Source of the DNA: the human T2T-CHM13v2.0 reference genome, Homo sapiens
DNA: 64,000 bases
Assembly (NCBI RefSeq): GCF_009914755.1
Contig: NC_060927.1
Strand: one strand, 5' to 3'
Within the stretch, counting starts at the first letter, position 1; the number at the start of each line of letters is the position of its first letter. The position numbers and the translations under genes are program-made. The notes below the pieces were generated by a model. It made no database searches and had not been told where the DNA came from. It was given only the letters and a program-made list of their open reading frames with translations. Positions 31,472 to 47,809 of the stretch are shown here, piece by piece.

Positions 31472-32031
31472 TGTGGTAGGTAGAATAATAAGTACACTAT
31501 CTTCCCAAAATTTTCTTCTTCATCTTCAGAACCTATAAATATGTGATTTTCATATCAAAAAGAACCTGCAAAATGTTGACTCAGGATACAGACCTTGAGA
31601 GAGATCATCTGAATGGGACCAGTCTAATCATATGAGTTCTTAAAAGCAAAGAAAATGTCCCAGCTGGATCAAGAGAAGAGAAACAAGAAGAACTTGACCT
31701 ACTGTTGCTGGTTTTGAAGATGGAAGAAGGAACCATGTTCCAAGCAATGTGCTAGATGTTGGGAACAGCCCTCAGCTGACAGCCAGCCAAATAATTGGGA
31801 CCTCTGTCCTATTGTAAGATACTGAATTCTGCCAATAATTCAAATAAGCTAGGAAATTTATTTTCCCCTAGACTTTCCAAAAAGGAGCAGAGCCTTGCAG
31901 ACACCTTGATTTTAGCCCTGTGAGAACTGTGTTAGAGGTCTAACCTACAGAACTGTGAGAGAATAAATTTGTTTTGTTTTAAGGGGTTAACTTTTTGGTA
32001 ATTTATTCCAGCAGCAATGGAAATCCAATAC
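31472..32031 (+). mobile_element. MLT1 (D/E-like) LTR
   Basis: tgtggtaggtagaataat..cagacaccttgattttagccc..cagcagcaatggaaatccaatac. Confidence 0.8.
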
Positions 32032-32222
32032 GGCATACAACATTATTTTTTGAATAATCTTTTCATTTTTAATGGGTTTAATGTCTACCATTTATTAAAG
32101 TCTTTTATCTATTATGGCTGTCCTGGAGAATCAAGGAACCTGGGGGTTAGAAGAGATATGAGTGACCTGGAAAGTAGATAGAAAACTGAATTAGATTGTT
32201 TCAAGAAGTACAGGGAATTAAT

Positions 32223-32326
32223 GAGCAGGGTGTTATAGTGAGCACCTGTAGTCCTGGCTACTCAGTGGGCTGAGCCAGGAGGATAACTTGAGCCCAGGAT
32301 TTTGAGGCTGTAGTGAGCTATGATCA
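32223..32326 (+). mobile_element. FLAM/FAM-like Alu monomer
   Basis: cctgtagtcctggctactc..ttgagcccagga..gtgagctatgatc. Confidence 0.75.
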
Positions 32327-32830
32327 TATAATTTAGTCAGTATTGAGGAAGTAGAGGTTACACTCTAAATTATACAGTGAAATGAAAGGTGATGACATGT
32401 AAGTTGAGAAGGAGTCTGAGTTCTGGAAGGAGTAAGTTTGGGGGCATGGAAAAATCAGAGCAATCACCAAAACAGGAAAGATATAAGATTCAGAAAGAAG
32501 ATAAAATAATTGATAGTGAGGAAAAAATTATATAGTATTTACTTTTCTTTTGAGACTTTATCTTCTGTTTCCCTTCTGTTCTTTCTGCCTTCCTTCTCAT
32601 CCTACTTTCCACTGTAGAATTTTGTCTTGAATTTTGATCCATGGCAATCTATAAAAGAAAACACTAATAACGTTCTTAAATTCAGAGAGAATTTTTCCTA
32701 TCTCTGAGAGCAGTTGTAAAGCGTGAATTTGTCTCCAAAGTGGTTTGCATTCTTTCTATAAGGATGCTAAATGTAAACAAAGTACTGCTATTAGAATGAT
32801 ATATGTGAGGCTCCCCATGCACCTTGGCAG

Positions 32831-32933
32831 AAAAATGTTATATAAATGGAAAGTGTCGCATATATTTTAAAAGAATGCATGAGTTTATTCCTCAAGGGGA
32901 GTTGCTAATTTATGTACTGTGCTTGTTCTAAAG
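32831..32933 (+). pseudogene. Candidate exon (103 nt, stop + 1-bp insertion): KNVI*MESVAYILKECMSLFLK/GVANLCTVLVLK
   Basis: Acceptor ctccccatgcaccttggcag, donor AAG|gtacgt. TAA at 32843; removing one G at 32896-32899 restores phase 0-0; resembles IKKalpha RKVWAEAVHYVSGLKEDYSRLFQG. Confidence 0.5.
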
Positions 32934-33409
32934 GTACGTGCATGATTCATAAGTTAGTTTATAAGTAATTTTGTACTGGAGAAAGAGAGCTAAGAGGATA
33001 CTTAACTGTTTCCAAGTATCTGAAAGACTTATTTTATGATAATCAACTATTCACCATTTTATTGTAGAGAAGAAGGAAATCAATTTAAATTTCACCTGTA
33101 AAAGTTTGTGCAAAATATAAATCTTATGTAAGCATCCTGATTTGTTGTGGACTTTAAGAATACAAAATAAATACTCTTTTTATTTTGTTTTCTAATTCTT
33201 ATGCCCCTAAATTCTCTGTTCTTCATATCCACACTCCTGAATTTTACCAAATAGTTTTAAAAACATTAACCATTCCCCTGCTGTAAATTTTTCCTCTTGT
33301 TAGTCTTTTTTTAAATCTAAAAAAAAAGACAATTAGTTTTATTTTATAAGCCATCTATACCTCTATCATGGCTACCTAATATCTGGGGTTAAATATGTAC
33401 CATGTTCAG

Positions 33410-35002
33410 ACAGTACGGGCATAAATACACACAGTGTCCAACGGAACAAAATAGAGAACTCAAAAATAAATTCACGCATTTACAGTCAATTCATTTTTGA
33501 CAAGGGTACCAAGAACATGCACTGGAGAAAGCATAGTCTCTTTGATAAATGGTGCTGGGAAGCCTGGATATCCGCACGCAGAATAATAAAATTAGACCCT
33601 TATGTCTCACAGTATACAAAAACTAAATCAAAATGGATTAGATTTAATCTAAGACATCAAACTATAAAACTACTAGGAAAAAGACTGGGGAAACATTCCA
33701 GGACGTTGGTCTAGGCAAAGATTTCTTGAGGAAGATCTCAAAAACGGAGGGAACCAAAGCAAAAACTGACAGGTGGAATCACATCAAGTTAAAAAGCTTC
33801 TGTACAGAAAAAGAAATCATCAAGAAAGTGAGAGACAACCCACAGAATAGGAAAAAATATTTGCAAACTACCCATCTGACAAGCGATTAATAAACAGAAT
33901 ATATAGGGAGTTTAAACAACTCAATATGAAAAAATAATAATAATCCAATTTAAAAGGGACAAAAGATCTAAATAGACATTTAGATCAAAAGAAGACATAC
34001 AAATGGCCAAGAGACATATAAGAAATGGTCAACATCACTAATCATAAGGGAAATGCAAATTGAAGCTACAGTGATATATTGTCTCACAGCAGTTACGATG
34101 GCTTTTATCCAAAAGACAGGCAATTGTGAATGCTGGCGAGGATGTGAAGAAAGGGGAACCCTCATACACTGTTGGTGAGAATGTAAATTAGTATAGCCAT
34201 ATGGAGAGTAGTGTGGAGGTTCCTCGAAAAACTAAAAATGAAGTTACCACATGATCCTGCAATCTCACTGCTAGGTATATATCCAAAATAATGGAAATCA
34301 ATTTATGGAAGGGATTTCTGCACACTTGTGTTTATTGCAACACTATTCACAATAGCTAAGATATAGAATCCACCTAAGTATCCATCAACAGATGAATGGA
34401 TAAAGAAAATGTGGTTCATATATACAATAGAGTATATTCAGCCATTATAAAAAAATGAAATCCTGTCATTTGCAACAACATGTTAAGCGAAATAAGCCAG
34501 GCACAGAAAGATAAATATCACATGTTTTCATGTGGGAGCAAAAAAAAAAACTGATCTCATGGAGGTAGGGAGTAGAATGGTGGTTACCAGAAGTTTGGAA
34601 GGGTCGGGCAGAGAGGGTGATAAAGAGACAGTTAATGTGTACAAAAAGACAATTAGATATTTGGGATAAAATTTAGTATTTGGTAGCATAATAGAGGATA
34701 ATTATCAAGAATTTGTTGTATATTTCAAAATAACTAAGAGTGGAATTAGGATGTCTCTAACACAAAAAAAGATAAATGCTTGAGGTGATGAATACCCCAA
34801 CTACCTCGATTTGATCATCACTCATTGTATGCTTGTTCATACATGTTATACTTTGATACATAGAACTAGTATGATACGTACAACTAGTATGTATCAAACT
34901 CATGTATACATACTCATTGTATGCATCAAAATATAACATGTACCCTATAAATATTTCCAACTATTGTATATCCATAATAATTAAAAATAAAAGTTAAAGA
35001 AA
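33410..35002 (+). mobile_element. L1MA (MA2/3-like) 3' portion
   Basis: ORF2 tail (SLFDKWCW), 3'UTR ataaatgcttgaggtgatg.., A-rich end. Confidence 0.85.
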
Positions 35003-36383
35003 ATATATATGTACCATGCTCATGAAAGTTTGAATAAATCACAAAGTTACTTGAAAGTAACACCTTATATGTGTGTATATCTCTGTAATATTTTAAGTAA
35101 CAGACTTTTAAAATATTATTTGTAGAGCTAATTCTAATGGGCATGAGATGAGTTGTTTTTATTTTTTGCTTTTTGTTTTGTTTTGGTTCAAAACTATCAA
35201 CTTTTCCTTAAAAAGGCAAAAGGTTTAGACTTTTTAAAGAAACTTGTATAATACCTAGATTATTTTTGAGAGTCTCATTCTTGTCATACTTTCATGATTC
35301 TCATTCCTGCTTTTTTCTTCTGACACAATTAAAAAATACTAAGAAAAGTATTCTCTCCAAGAAGGAAGGCCATTATTTTTTATTCCAAAGTAATGATCTC
35401 CTTCATGCCCTCTTCACTCTGCCCTTGCAGTCATTAGTTTAATACGCAAATAGAAGTGAGCTGCCTAGGCATATTGCAAGAGTTAATGACCAACTAATTG
35501 TTACCAACACCACAATCCCCTCCCATGAAAATACAGATACTGTGAATTGATGACTAGAATCTCCATATGTTTAATGGGAAAATAACAGGAGGCTCCGTTG
35601 TACTAGTGACAAAACATGAGGGAAAAAATAATTTTCATCACGTGCCCCTGATTTAAAATTGCTTCAGGCCATCCTTGTTTCACAGCTAGGAGTATAATAA
35701 ATTAAGAAAAAGTAGTATAGGGCTGAGATGAAACCCTGTGGGATATGTGAGTGAACTAACAGGTAGAGAAATTGAAGGGAAAAAGAAAAAAACGTGGATA
35801 GCCTTGGGTGGATAATACAAGAAGCAAGAAAATAGTGTCAAGATGCAGCAGTAATAAGCTAATAACTTACAGATGTAATATACGTTGCTACAGGTCTCTC
35901 AACTTCATGTGTTTCATACTTTAAGAGTTTCTGTGACCAAGTAGAGGCTTGATAAAGCTGAACTTTATCTATTAATAAAAAATACATGCCACTCATTAGG
36001 GGGCAGTTCATAGTGCAGCAGAAGGCATGGTGGGGACTAAGAATGAGAAAGGGAAGCAAGAGACAAGCAACATTTACTGAGAGCCAAGCATTAGGCATGT
36101 GATACTCATTTATAATCTACTGTTTTGCCTATAAGGTAAAATGTATGATTTTTCATTACAGGTAAGGAAACGAGTTTGGATATATATATATTTTTCCCTA
36201 AACTTTGTTGACACATTTGTTCATTCATCCATTTAACAAACGCTTATATTTAGGTAAGACTTCTTGAAAAAAAAATCAAATTCTGAAATAAGACAAAAAT
36301 GTAAATGATTTTTTTCAATATCAGGTATGGATATAAGCTCATCCAAATATTAGGTAATGTATAGTAAATCATTTTTTTCATTA

Positions 36384-36843
<460 letters not shown>

Positions 36844-36991
36844 CTAACATACCTTTATTAAATAGTCTAGAAAAACCCATCTCTTCAAATATTTTCAGAA
36901 CCAGTTTTAACATCTTCTTTTCTTATTAGTCATGAATTGAATAATATTTTTGAGACATTTTATATTTGCAAGAGAAGTAAAAATGAGTACA

Positions 36992-37054
36992 AAGACAAAT
37001 AAGCCACAATAAGACAAATAGCCACCATAAGACAATAAGCCACAATAAGACAAA
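36992..37054 (+). repeat. Minisatellite, ~18-19 bp unit x3.4 (aagacaaataagccacaat)
   Basis: Direct observation. Confidence 0.85.
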
Positions 37055-39609
37055 CACCTTTCCCCTGTGTTCTTGATAGGGAAAACTGATACTTATGCAA
37101 CTACTAACCGCAAATAAAGAGTAGAGTTAAGAGGAAGGTAGAAGCAGTGGAGACAAAATTGTTATAATACAAATTTGACTTGAGATGAATCTTGACAGAC
37201 GAAAAGGTTTTCACTAGGCAAATAGCAATTTGGAAGGGCTTTCTCAAAAGAGACAAAAAGTATTATAGGTGACAGAGGGAGCACTTAAACTAGATCTGCT
37301 TGGCTCCTAGACACATATTTTTTTCCATCATGCTTTGTTCTTTTTCATCCTTTGTGGAAGACTTTAATTTCTAGTAATCATCTTTAGCCTCTCTGGTCAT
37401 GACATCCCTTATCTAATAAACAAAGTCATTATGCTGAAGATATATAACATATTTATGATAACTAAAGTTTCTTCTTATTATGATATCCATTAATTACACA
37501 GTAATAATAATTAGCTTTTGGTTATTACCTTAAGAACATTAAAAAATAATGCAAATACATTCCTAATGCACATTTTCTTGTATTTATGTATAGATACACA
37601 ATAGAAAACCCATTTCTTGTGACTTGTAAGTTTGAATCAGTTTCTTCCCCCCCTCAAAAAAAATTCAGTATGTATAATAGATGATGTTCAGTTTTAAATC
37701 ATTGTGCCTTTTGAATTTAGTTCAGGTCTAAAACTAGTAGAAATAGATACTTATGTTAATAAAAAAATTGTTGTTAAAGGGTGGCATATCTTCTGCGTCT
37801 CTTTACGCACCCATCAAACCTATTCTTTTTTTAATCTCTTAAATTTAAATCTGTATATTGGGAGACTGATTTATTTTTGTGAAGGAACAAAAGACAGAGG
37901 ATGGCAGCACCATACTGATTTTGCCTTGTTTATGAAATGTCACCATGTTACATGTTGTTCACCATCTTATCTAGCTATGAGGTGGTTAGGAAGAATGATG
38001 TATTAGGTTCATATTAAATTAACAACATGTCAAGTTTCTTACTTCTATACTCTTGGAGCAACACTTACTTTTTCCTCTTGACACATATCAAAAATCTTAA
38101 TTTTCCATTCATTATATGGCTATTTGGTTAAGAGCTGCCTCCCTCAGGAAGACTATTGAGTTTCTTCAGGATAGAAGAATGACTGAATGACCGGCATGAT
38201 TATGCATACAAAGAGTGTTTGAATAAATAAACAAATTAATAAATGGATGACTAATAAATATATTAAAATATCGAGACATATGTGTATATATAATTTAAAA
38301 TCAAAAAACAAAATATTTGTAAGTAATTCAGTCTCTTGTGTTATCTCTCTCACTCTATGTCCCATGGCATTACATGACATGTTTTATTTTATATTATAAG
38401 GTAAATGTTCTGGAGACTTTTAGAAGCCCATCATTTTTTTTCTATGCATTCTGTTATTTCAGACAAAATGTTAAGTGTTGACATTTCTCTTACAAGAGAT
38501 AGTTATTAAAATCTAAATTCTAAACACTCCTGTTAAACTTTTAACATCAACCTAATTGCACTGTCAATGGTATATGTCTTCCTTTAATCTTACTGAGTCT
38601 GTTCTTTGCGCCTGGATACCAATTATCAATTTGTTTTGGCCTTCACGCATGCTCTTCCTTTCTGAATGAATCAAGACTCACAACTTCCTAATATTCAAAA
38701 TACATTGAGGATTTTCCAAATACTTTACTTAATTGTTCACTCATTCTATCTTTCATTTGTTCAACACCATTATAAAACACCCAAAAAGTTGTTTGTGATG
38801 TTGTCCTGAACATTGTCAAGGTTCTACAGATAAATTAGATACAATCCTTGGTTTATGAAACTTATAAACTCGTAGTTACAATAAAGTAATCAAATATATA
38901 ATAAAATTAAAATGGAGTTTCTAAATTATCAAATTAGTAGGATATACTTGCATGTTTTAATTATAATACCATTTTCTTCTACAAATATTGTACTATATGT
39001 ACATTTCATATAGCTAATATGTAAGTGTGAATGAAATGATACACTTCTAACTTTAAATTTCCTGGGGAGATTTGAATACACAATCAAAGCTCTCCAAAAG
39101 CATCAAAATGAGATGATAATTTTTGTATTGCTTTTAATGTACCTTTTATCTTTAGTGTATTAAATATTTTTTGTGTCTGTCAATGCACATCTGTAACATC
39201 ATTTTCAATGGATGGTCACATCATAGACGTTTTAAAGCAACCCTTGTCTGTTGGAAATTAATTTCCTTTTCAATTTCTCATTATTACAAAAAAAATACTG
39301 TGATTGACAATCTAGACAATGAAGATATTTTAAAACATCTAATCTAAAGTAATTTATCCAACAAATATTGGTTGTTCGCCTACTATGTGTACATTCTCCT
39401 ATAAAGCTTTGAAGAGTTAAATCTCTTTATACTCTCTCTTCCTTCACCCTTTCCCTCTCTGTCTATCCTTATCCCCTGCTCTGTCTATCTCTATCTGTAT
39501 TTGTCTGTCTGTCTATGTCAGTGTCTGTAATATTGTGGTGTAGGGACTTGTAACATATATGGAATAAGACAAATATTTAGGAAATGGTGGTTGAATATGT
39601 CTACATATC

Positions 39610-40613
<1,004 letters not shown>

Positions 40614-41911
40614 CTGCTAAAAGACTGGAGATATTGTGTCTATACATTTGGAAGCCAAATATGAGATAGCAGAGAGTGGTGAAATCACCCTTGAAATGAG
40701 AATTATAAAACTGGAAACAAGACCTAGTTGTATCTTTACTGGCTAGGGGATCTTGGGCTGCTTCAGTTAGTGAAAAGAACACCAGTTTGGCATCACAATG
40801 CCTGACTTAACCTGCTGGCCCCAATATATATTCGTTGTGTGACACTAGACACCATTTAAGTTTGCTTATCTTCAATTTCCTCAGTATAAAAGAAGAAAAA
40901 ATGATTATTATGTTCATACCGTTAAGTTAAAGTTATATAATATGTGTCACACTGCAAATAAAGTATATTAATTATGTGCATAAACCCACTTATTACTCAC
41001 TAAACAATAAAAAAACTACCAAAAAACTAACGTTTTTATTGCATAAATATAAATATAACCTTAAGATTTACTGTGATCTTGTACAAGTGTATATAAAATC
41101 AAACACTAGACATCTCTTTTAGAGAGTTTTATTTTTCAGTGTCTGTGCTTATCTTAAATGAGTACTATTTAGATTATAATTTAAGCAGTATGGATGTCAG
41201 TGGTTGAAGTTCATTTCATTTTATACATTACATAATGTGTCATTAATAGGAAGCACTTATTCTTAACTATGATTTTTCTTGTCTCTTATGAGAACTCAGA
41301 ATTTGAAAACCTGTGAAAGTAATCTAAATATTCTTCCCATTGCAGGAGGCTTTTGTGCATTACTGCTGGGTGATGGTCTTTCATTGATTCTATGAACTTG
41401 CCAAGCATAGGAATTCTGTTTACTGTTTTTCTGCCCAATATGGTAGTAAATCACTCCAAGAGTTGGTAAAATGACTGCATATTGGGAAGTTCTGTACCAT
41501 CAGTTTTTTCAGCAATCATCTGAGGGATCAAAACAGATCTGATTCACCAGAGACTACCTTAAAAAACCAGAATGGCAGTTGATTTAAAATTGAAGATATA
41601 TGTGGCCTAAGATGCAGAACTATTTGTCTTCACAGGGCATAAACCTTCTAGTGGGAAAATCCATTCCATTTATCAAATTATAGGCCAGAAGTTTATTTTG
41701 CGAGCAAAGGGATTTGAGGGTTTTAAGGGGTATTTCTATGTTCTCTAGCAAAGAGAGCTCCTTTACTCTGAGGATATTTCTTCCTAAAGAAGTAGGACTC
41801 AGTTTCTAAGATCTGTGCAGTCTTTCCCACTATATAATCTGATACAAAAACGTTACTAATGTTTGAATGTTTCTTAATTGTTGCTACAAGTTTGCTTTTT
41901 ACATGACCATA

Positions 41912-42263
41912 TTTATTAGCCTGTTCACAGGCTGCTAATAAAGACATATCCGAGACTGGGTAATTTATAAAGGAAAGAGGTTCAATGGACTCACAGTTCC
42001 ACATGGCTGGGGGAGGCCTCACAATCATGGCAGAAGAGGAAGGAAGAACAAAAGGACATCTTACAAGAGAGTGTGTGCAGGAGATCTGCCCTTTATAAAA
42101 CCATCAGATCTCATGAGACTTATTCACTATCACAAGAACAGCATGGGAAAGACCTGCCCCCCATGATTCAATTACCTCCCACCGGGTACTCCCACTACAC
42201 TTGGGAATTATGGGATCTACCATTCAAGATGAGATTTGGGTGGGGACACAGCCAACCATATCA
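41912..42263 (-). mobile_element. THE1 (B/C-like) solo LTR
   Basis: gctgctaataaagacat..gagatttgggtggggacacagccaaccatatca. Confidence 0.9.
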
Positions 42264-43987
42264 CTACATGAATACACTGAAACCCACCCAATCCACCCAA
42301 TTTATTTCCACTACACTACATCAAAAGAGATAGTGTACAAAAGGATGCTGGTTTTTGTGGCCTGCCAAATTTGAGGCAAAATCATGACAGTGGTTCATCT
42401 GACCACCGTCTTCTTTTCTTGGTAATGTACTGAAACTTCTTAATTCTCAAAACTAAGAGTAATTTCTGTAAATGAGAAACTGAAAATATTACTTGAAAGA
42501 GTTTCAAGGAAGTTGGATTCTATTCCCAGTTTCATCGCTGAGGAGCATATCACTTTAGCTTTTTGAGTCCTAGTTTTCACTTCTGTAAAATGAGAAGACA
42601 GAGTGGGTTGAATTCTAAAATCAGTTGTAGGGCTAAGATGATGACTTACCATGCTACAGTTTGGGGTAGTTTCTTATTGATATGAATAATATTTTGTGCA
42701 TTATTTACATTAAAAATTTTTATTGTTTTCAGAACCAAATGACCTTTTTCTCTAAAAAAATACATATTTTTAGATATTTCTTGCTTTATGGGTCACAAAA
42801 TGTAGCCACAATAATCAGAAAAGGACCAATATTGTTGACAAAGTGAACAACTAAGAAATGTAATACTTGAGCCCCAGAGCTGGCTTTTAACTTAAATAGT
42901 AAATTTCTAAATTTTGATTACTATAAATAATATTATCACTATAATTATCTTCCACAACAGGGAAGACCACAGTGGCTCTGAAGAACTAAATAAAACCTAG
43001 ATATCACACATATTTGAGAGAACAAAAATTCACAATAGGAAGCTGTACAATATTTGGGAATTCTTTTCACAGTTTAAACTTTCTCTGTCTTCAAATATCC
43101 CTATTACAGCAAAATCCCACCTACTCACAATTGTACGTATTCAAAATGGGACCTCAGAACACAAGCAGGTGGAAATCACAGGTCATGGCCACAGTTGAAA
43201 TGATATGTCTTTGCTAATTTAAAAACACACTCTTGTGATGAGCAGTTTTGCATATTTAATATAAATATTACATCAAAAATAGATTGTGCTTGCTCTGCAA
43301 TGTTGCCCTTATAAGCCCTGGAGGGATGTGATCATTTTCTGCTGACTCTGCTATATATGACGGTTTGTAAATTAATACTAACCTTCTCAATGGTAAATGT
43401 TGGCCCAGCCCTACAGTAATTATGTAACGCAGAAAACTTGAGCAATCAGACATGTTTCAATGGTAAATATTTTGTCTCTCCCCACCCCCGGTATTATGTA
43501 TTAACGAATACATTATTACCTGCTCAAGCATTTTCTCTTTTCTGTCTCAATCAGTATTATGGTCCGTGATATAATTAAATGTTTCATTTTGAACAAAAAC
43601 ATTTATTTTATTGCTCACCAAGGCTGTTCAATTTTAGCCTTTGGCCATATGACTTTAATCAGAAGTATTTGTGATTTAGAGCACTATAGCATGTTTATTT
43701 TTGCAATTTATTTTAACAGCCCATGGGAAAATGACAGTAAATAGCTTGTAATTTTTGTAAGTAATAAAAAAATAGCTGTGACCTATGATTGAAGGAAAAA
43801 AAATTCAGGGACTTTCCTGTAGAAATAGACTGTCATCGTTTGAAAACTCAACATTTTCTAAATTACTATTTATTTTTAATGATCAAAGGCTTCTTACACA
43901 TTGTCTCTTCCAGTGATTCTCAAAGTGTTATACTTAGACTACTGCATGATAATAAATTGGAAAATGTCTTTAAAAAATAGATTTCTT

Positions 43988-44298
43988 TGCCAGACGCAGT
44001 GGCTCACACCTGTAATTCAAGCACTTTGAGAGGACGAGGCAGGAGAATCACTTGCGCTCAGGAATTCGAGACCAGCCTGGGCAACAATATGAGACCCTGT
44101 CTCTGCAAAAAATACAAAAATTAGCCAAGCGTGCTGGCACATGCCTATAGTCCTAGCTACTTGAGAGGCTGAGACAGGAGGATTGCTTGAGCCCAGGAGA
44201 CAGAGGTTGCAGAGAGCTATGATTGCACCACTGCACCCCAGCCTGAGCAAAAGAGCAAGACCCTGTCTCCAATAATAGTAGTAGTAATAATAATAATG
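43988..44298 (+). mobile_element. AluJ with (AAT/AGT)n tail, inserted in a MER5 element (~43911-44425)
   Basis: AluJ diagnostics (ggattgcttgagcccagga, gctatgattgcacc); MER5 halves on both sides. Confidence 0.88.
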
Positions 44299-44835
44299 AT
44301 GGATTTGTTGGCACTACCCAGAATTATTGAATAAGAAAATTTTGTGAGCAGAATCTCAGGCTCTGCATTTTGTATAAGCTTACCAGCTAATTCTTTTGAA
44401 CATTTAAGTTTGCATTATCCTATTTTAAAATTCTATTTTTTCATATAAACTGCAATCATGAGAAAATATAGGACTTTTCCCCCAATCTCACAAGTTAACT
44501 GCAGAATTTGAATGAGAATTCAGATCTCTTTATTCCTAAGACAATTTCTAGAGACAATACATACTGGATTTCAATTTATTTTTCATCCTACACAGTTGGT
44601 ATAAAATTAATTTTATAAATAAGAACCTTTTATATTACTAGGATAAAAGTAGCATTCTAACAATTTTTCATCTTTAGGTTGGTGTCTCACCTACTTATGT
44701 AAACTTTTTCTAGCTTAATCAGTCTAATATATCATTCTTTTTTTTTCTGAGACAAAGTTCTAAACTCATGACATCCGATCACGTGTTCCCGTCTCAAAAT
44801 TACTTGTTTTGCTCTCATTTGTGTATTTCCCATTT

Positions 44836-45660
44836 GTATTAATCAAGATATACTAGGTTATGCTGCATTAACAAATGAACATGCCAAAGTCACAGTGGCA
44901 TAGTGCAGTCAGTGAAAGTTTATTTTTCAGCCATACTACATATCCAGCATGGCTCAGCAGGGATCTCTGCTCCATTCTGATGCTATTAGTGCTATTAAGC
45001 AAATATTACTGGTCCGGCCCCCTCTGACACATGGTAAAATTACACATGCATGCTTTTTTTGCAATTACATTGGGCAATTAATTAGTTCTTCCAGATATCC
45101 TGTAAGCAGAAGTTGCAGGCATTGCACTGCAACATTTAATTGCTGGTGTGAGAACCTCCAGACATCATCTCTCTGGCATTACAATTGGTAACATTGAAAA
45201 TGGTAACTATTCCTTCAGTGTGCATCTTTGAGGTACCATAAGGAGCAGAGATTTGCCTCAGATTCACAAGAGATATATTGTACAAGAGAAAAATAAAGTT
45301 GTGTTGTTTTGTCTTCTGAGATTGTTAGAATTGTTTGTTACCTTCGCATAACATTGACTATCTGGACTCAGATATCCTCAGAAATATATATACAGAGAGA
45401 TCCAGCATGGAAGAGGCTGTGCTTCCTTGTATCTGCAATATTTTAAACATGTGGCGTTTTTGTCCCCATGACATAGAAAATGTCTGAAAAAGTTTACACA
45501 GCTTTTTCATTCCTCAAGCTAACAATAATAGGATATTTTTCCTCACAGCCCGTTATCCAGAACTAATCACATGACTCCAACATACTAAAAGAAGGGTAAT
45601 AAATGCAATTTTTAATTTTGGGAGAGGAAAAGAAGAACTTGATATTAATAAAAACTAGTA
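44836..45660. mobile_element. Old MLT1 LTR (-) apparently interrupted by a second MLT1 (+, ~44985-45372)
   Basis: ctaggttatgctgca..aagtttattt start; internal taaagttgtgttgtt..ttgtttgttacc..gcataac end; resumes ccagaactaatcacatg. Confidence 0.55.
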
Positions 45661-46399
45661 ATGGGGTAGACTTCATTGAATAAACTTTATATTTTTGTTC
45701 ATAGAAAATTTTCCCTCATATATAATTTGGAAGTCAAGAACAAATTTGTTGACTTGGGATAATATCAAGAAGTCATAATGGAATATACAGATATATGTGC
45801 CTGTAATAAAATAAAGTCCTAAAAAGAAAAAATAATAAATAGATTTTTAAAGCATGGTAAATATATTTGCATATTATGACAGAGGTCAACACCCTTACTC
45901 TATTAAAAATATTTACAAATCAATGTTTAAATAATGGAAACGTAATCATATAAAACCAGGAAAAAAAGTGAATAGTCACTCAAATCGTAATATGAATACC
46001 CAAATCTAGTAAACCTCTGAAAAAAATGTTCACTGTTATTCTTCTCAAAAAATGAAAATTTAAAAATCAAGTATATATTCTGCCTACCAATTGTCAAAAA
46101 CATTTTGAAATATATTAATAGCAAGAGGCAGACTTGAAGGGAGCAAACTTCCCTAGAACATCTATAAGTAGTTAGGGGATCAATTTTAAAACGTTTATGA
46201 AAATTAAAAATAGAAAATATATCCCAGGGAAACATTCAAAAAGTATACAAAGATATATATTTGAGAATATTCACTGTAGCAGCATTTTCAAAACTAAAAA
46301 TTTAGAAATGTTTGTAAATAGGAGATAGTTCAGTAAATCATGGTACAGAAAGACAGTGGAATTCTGTTACAGATAGAAAGCAAAATAAACACAGGACTT

Positions 46400-47590
46400 T
46401 CAGTTAGGAGCATGTTGGGTATATGTGAGAAAAAAATGTCAGTGAGGTCATGACATACTTGGCTAGAGAGAGAAAAATGAGAGGTTCGGTGATGAAGGTT
46501 AAATCATAGATGGTTTGTAGGCCAACATAAGAACTTAGAGCTTCACTCAAATTTGAGCCTTTTTGATGAATTTGACCAAAAGAGTAAAATTACTTGGATG
46601 ACCACTTGTAAGGATCTCTCTACCTATTTTGTGGTGAATTGATTAAAATGAAAATAATATAAGCAGGGAGACCAGGTAGATGACTATTTCCTGAAGCAAA
46701 ATAAGAGATGTTGGTAACTTGGGATAGGATAATAGTAATGAAAAATATGGAATAATTTTAAGGTTAAAAAATTAAGATTTGCTGATGGACTAGATACAGT
46801 GAGTGAGAGAAGGAAAGGTATTAAAAAGTAATCCAAGTCTACCTTGATCAAGTGAAAGGCTGCATTGAAAAGACAGAAAGAAGTAGGTTTATGAGAAAAT
46901 CAAAAATTTACTTCGGAGCATATTAAAGTTGAGTTGCCTATTTTGCATCAAATGGAGATGTAAATGAAGCAGTTGGGTATACAAACGTGAGTGAAGAGAT
47001 ACATTTTAGAAGCATCAGTGCATAAATTTTATTAAAGGCTTTTTAAAGTAATGACCTTGAAAGATCATCTATAGTGAGTAAGTAGACAGAGACAGAAGGC
47101 ATCTATGGATCAAGTCCTGGAGTAATCCAATAGGTAGAGCTTGCAAGATGAGGCAGAGCTAGCTAGTAATAGAGAAAAGAAGTAATTTTTGAGATTCAAA
47201 AAAAAAAAAAAAATGAAAGAGTGGCATCCAGAAGCCAAGTGAAGGTATTTAAAGGGGGATTTTAATCAACTCTATCAAATACAATTTATAGTCAAATAAG
47301 ATGGCTGAAAATTGACAACATGAGTTGGCAGTATGACTATTATTGGTAGCATTTGTATGAACGTCTCATGATGGAAAATGAAAGTCTAATTGAAATGACT
47401 TTGAGACAATGGAAGAAAAGGACACAAAAAGAGTGAGACGATTTTCTGTATGCAAGCAGAGGCTGAATAGTAGACAGCAGGGTATATGAGATGAAGGTAG
47501 GTTTTTATATGATAGATATTATAGCTTGCTTATATGCTGATGACAAAAATCCAGTAAAGTAGGAAAATTAAGGTTACATAAAATAGAAAA
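46400..47590 (-). mobile_element. L2 fragment
   Basis: gcagggagaccaggtaga..gatttgctgatggactagat..agaagccaagtgaa motifs. Confidence 0.75.
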
Positions 47591-47809
47591 AATAGTAACC
47601 AGGAGAGGGTGAGACAAGGGCTCTTGTTTGTTTATTTCAACTGAGGAGTCAAATTTCTTTCATTTTTAAGAATAAGTACAGCATTGTACTTCAAGAGCAA
47701 AAAATAAAGAGCAAGGTACCATGGTGAAGAAAGGTGGGGCAGGAGGGGGAAAGAAGGTGAAAGATAATTTATACCATTTTTTGCTAATAATTTTTATATT
47801 ATCTAATTT

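Noticed and set aside
36992-37054. CRISPR-like or functional array
   Set aside because: Simple head-to-tail minisatellite without spacers, in eukaryotic DNA.
41346-41390. Good acceptor followed by EAFVHYCW
   Set aside because: Early stop, no suitable donor, and redundant with the 32831 exon.
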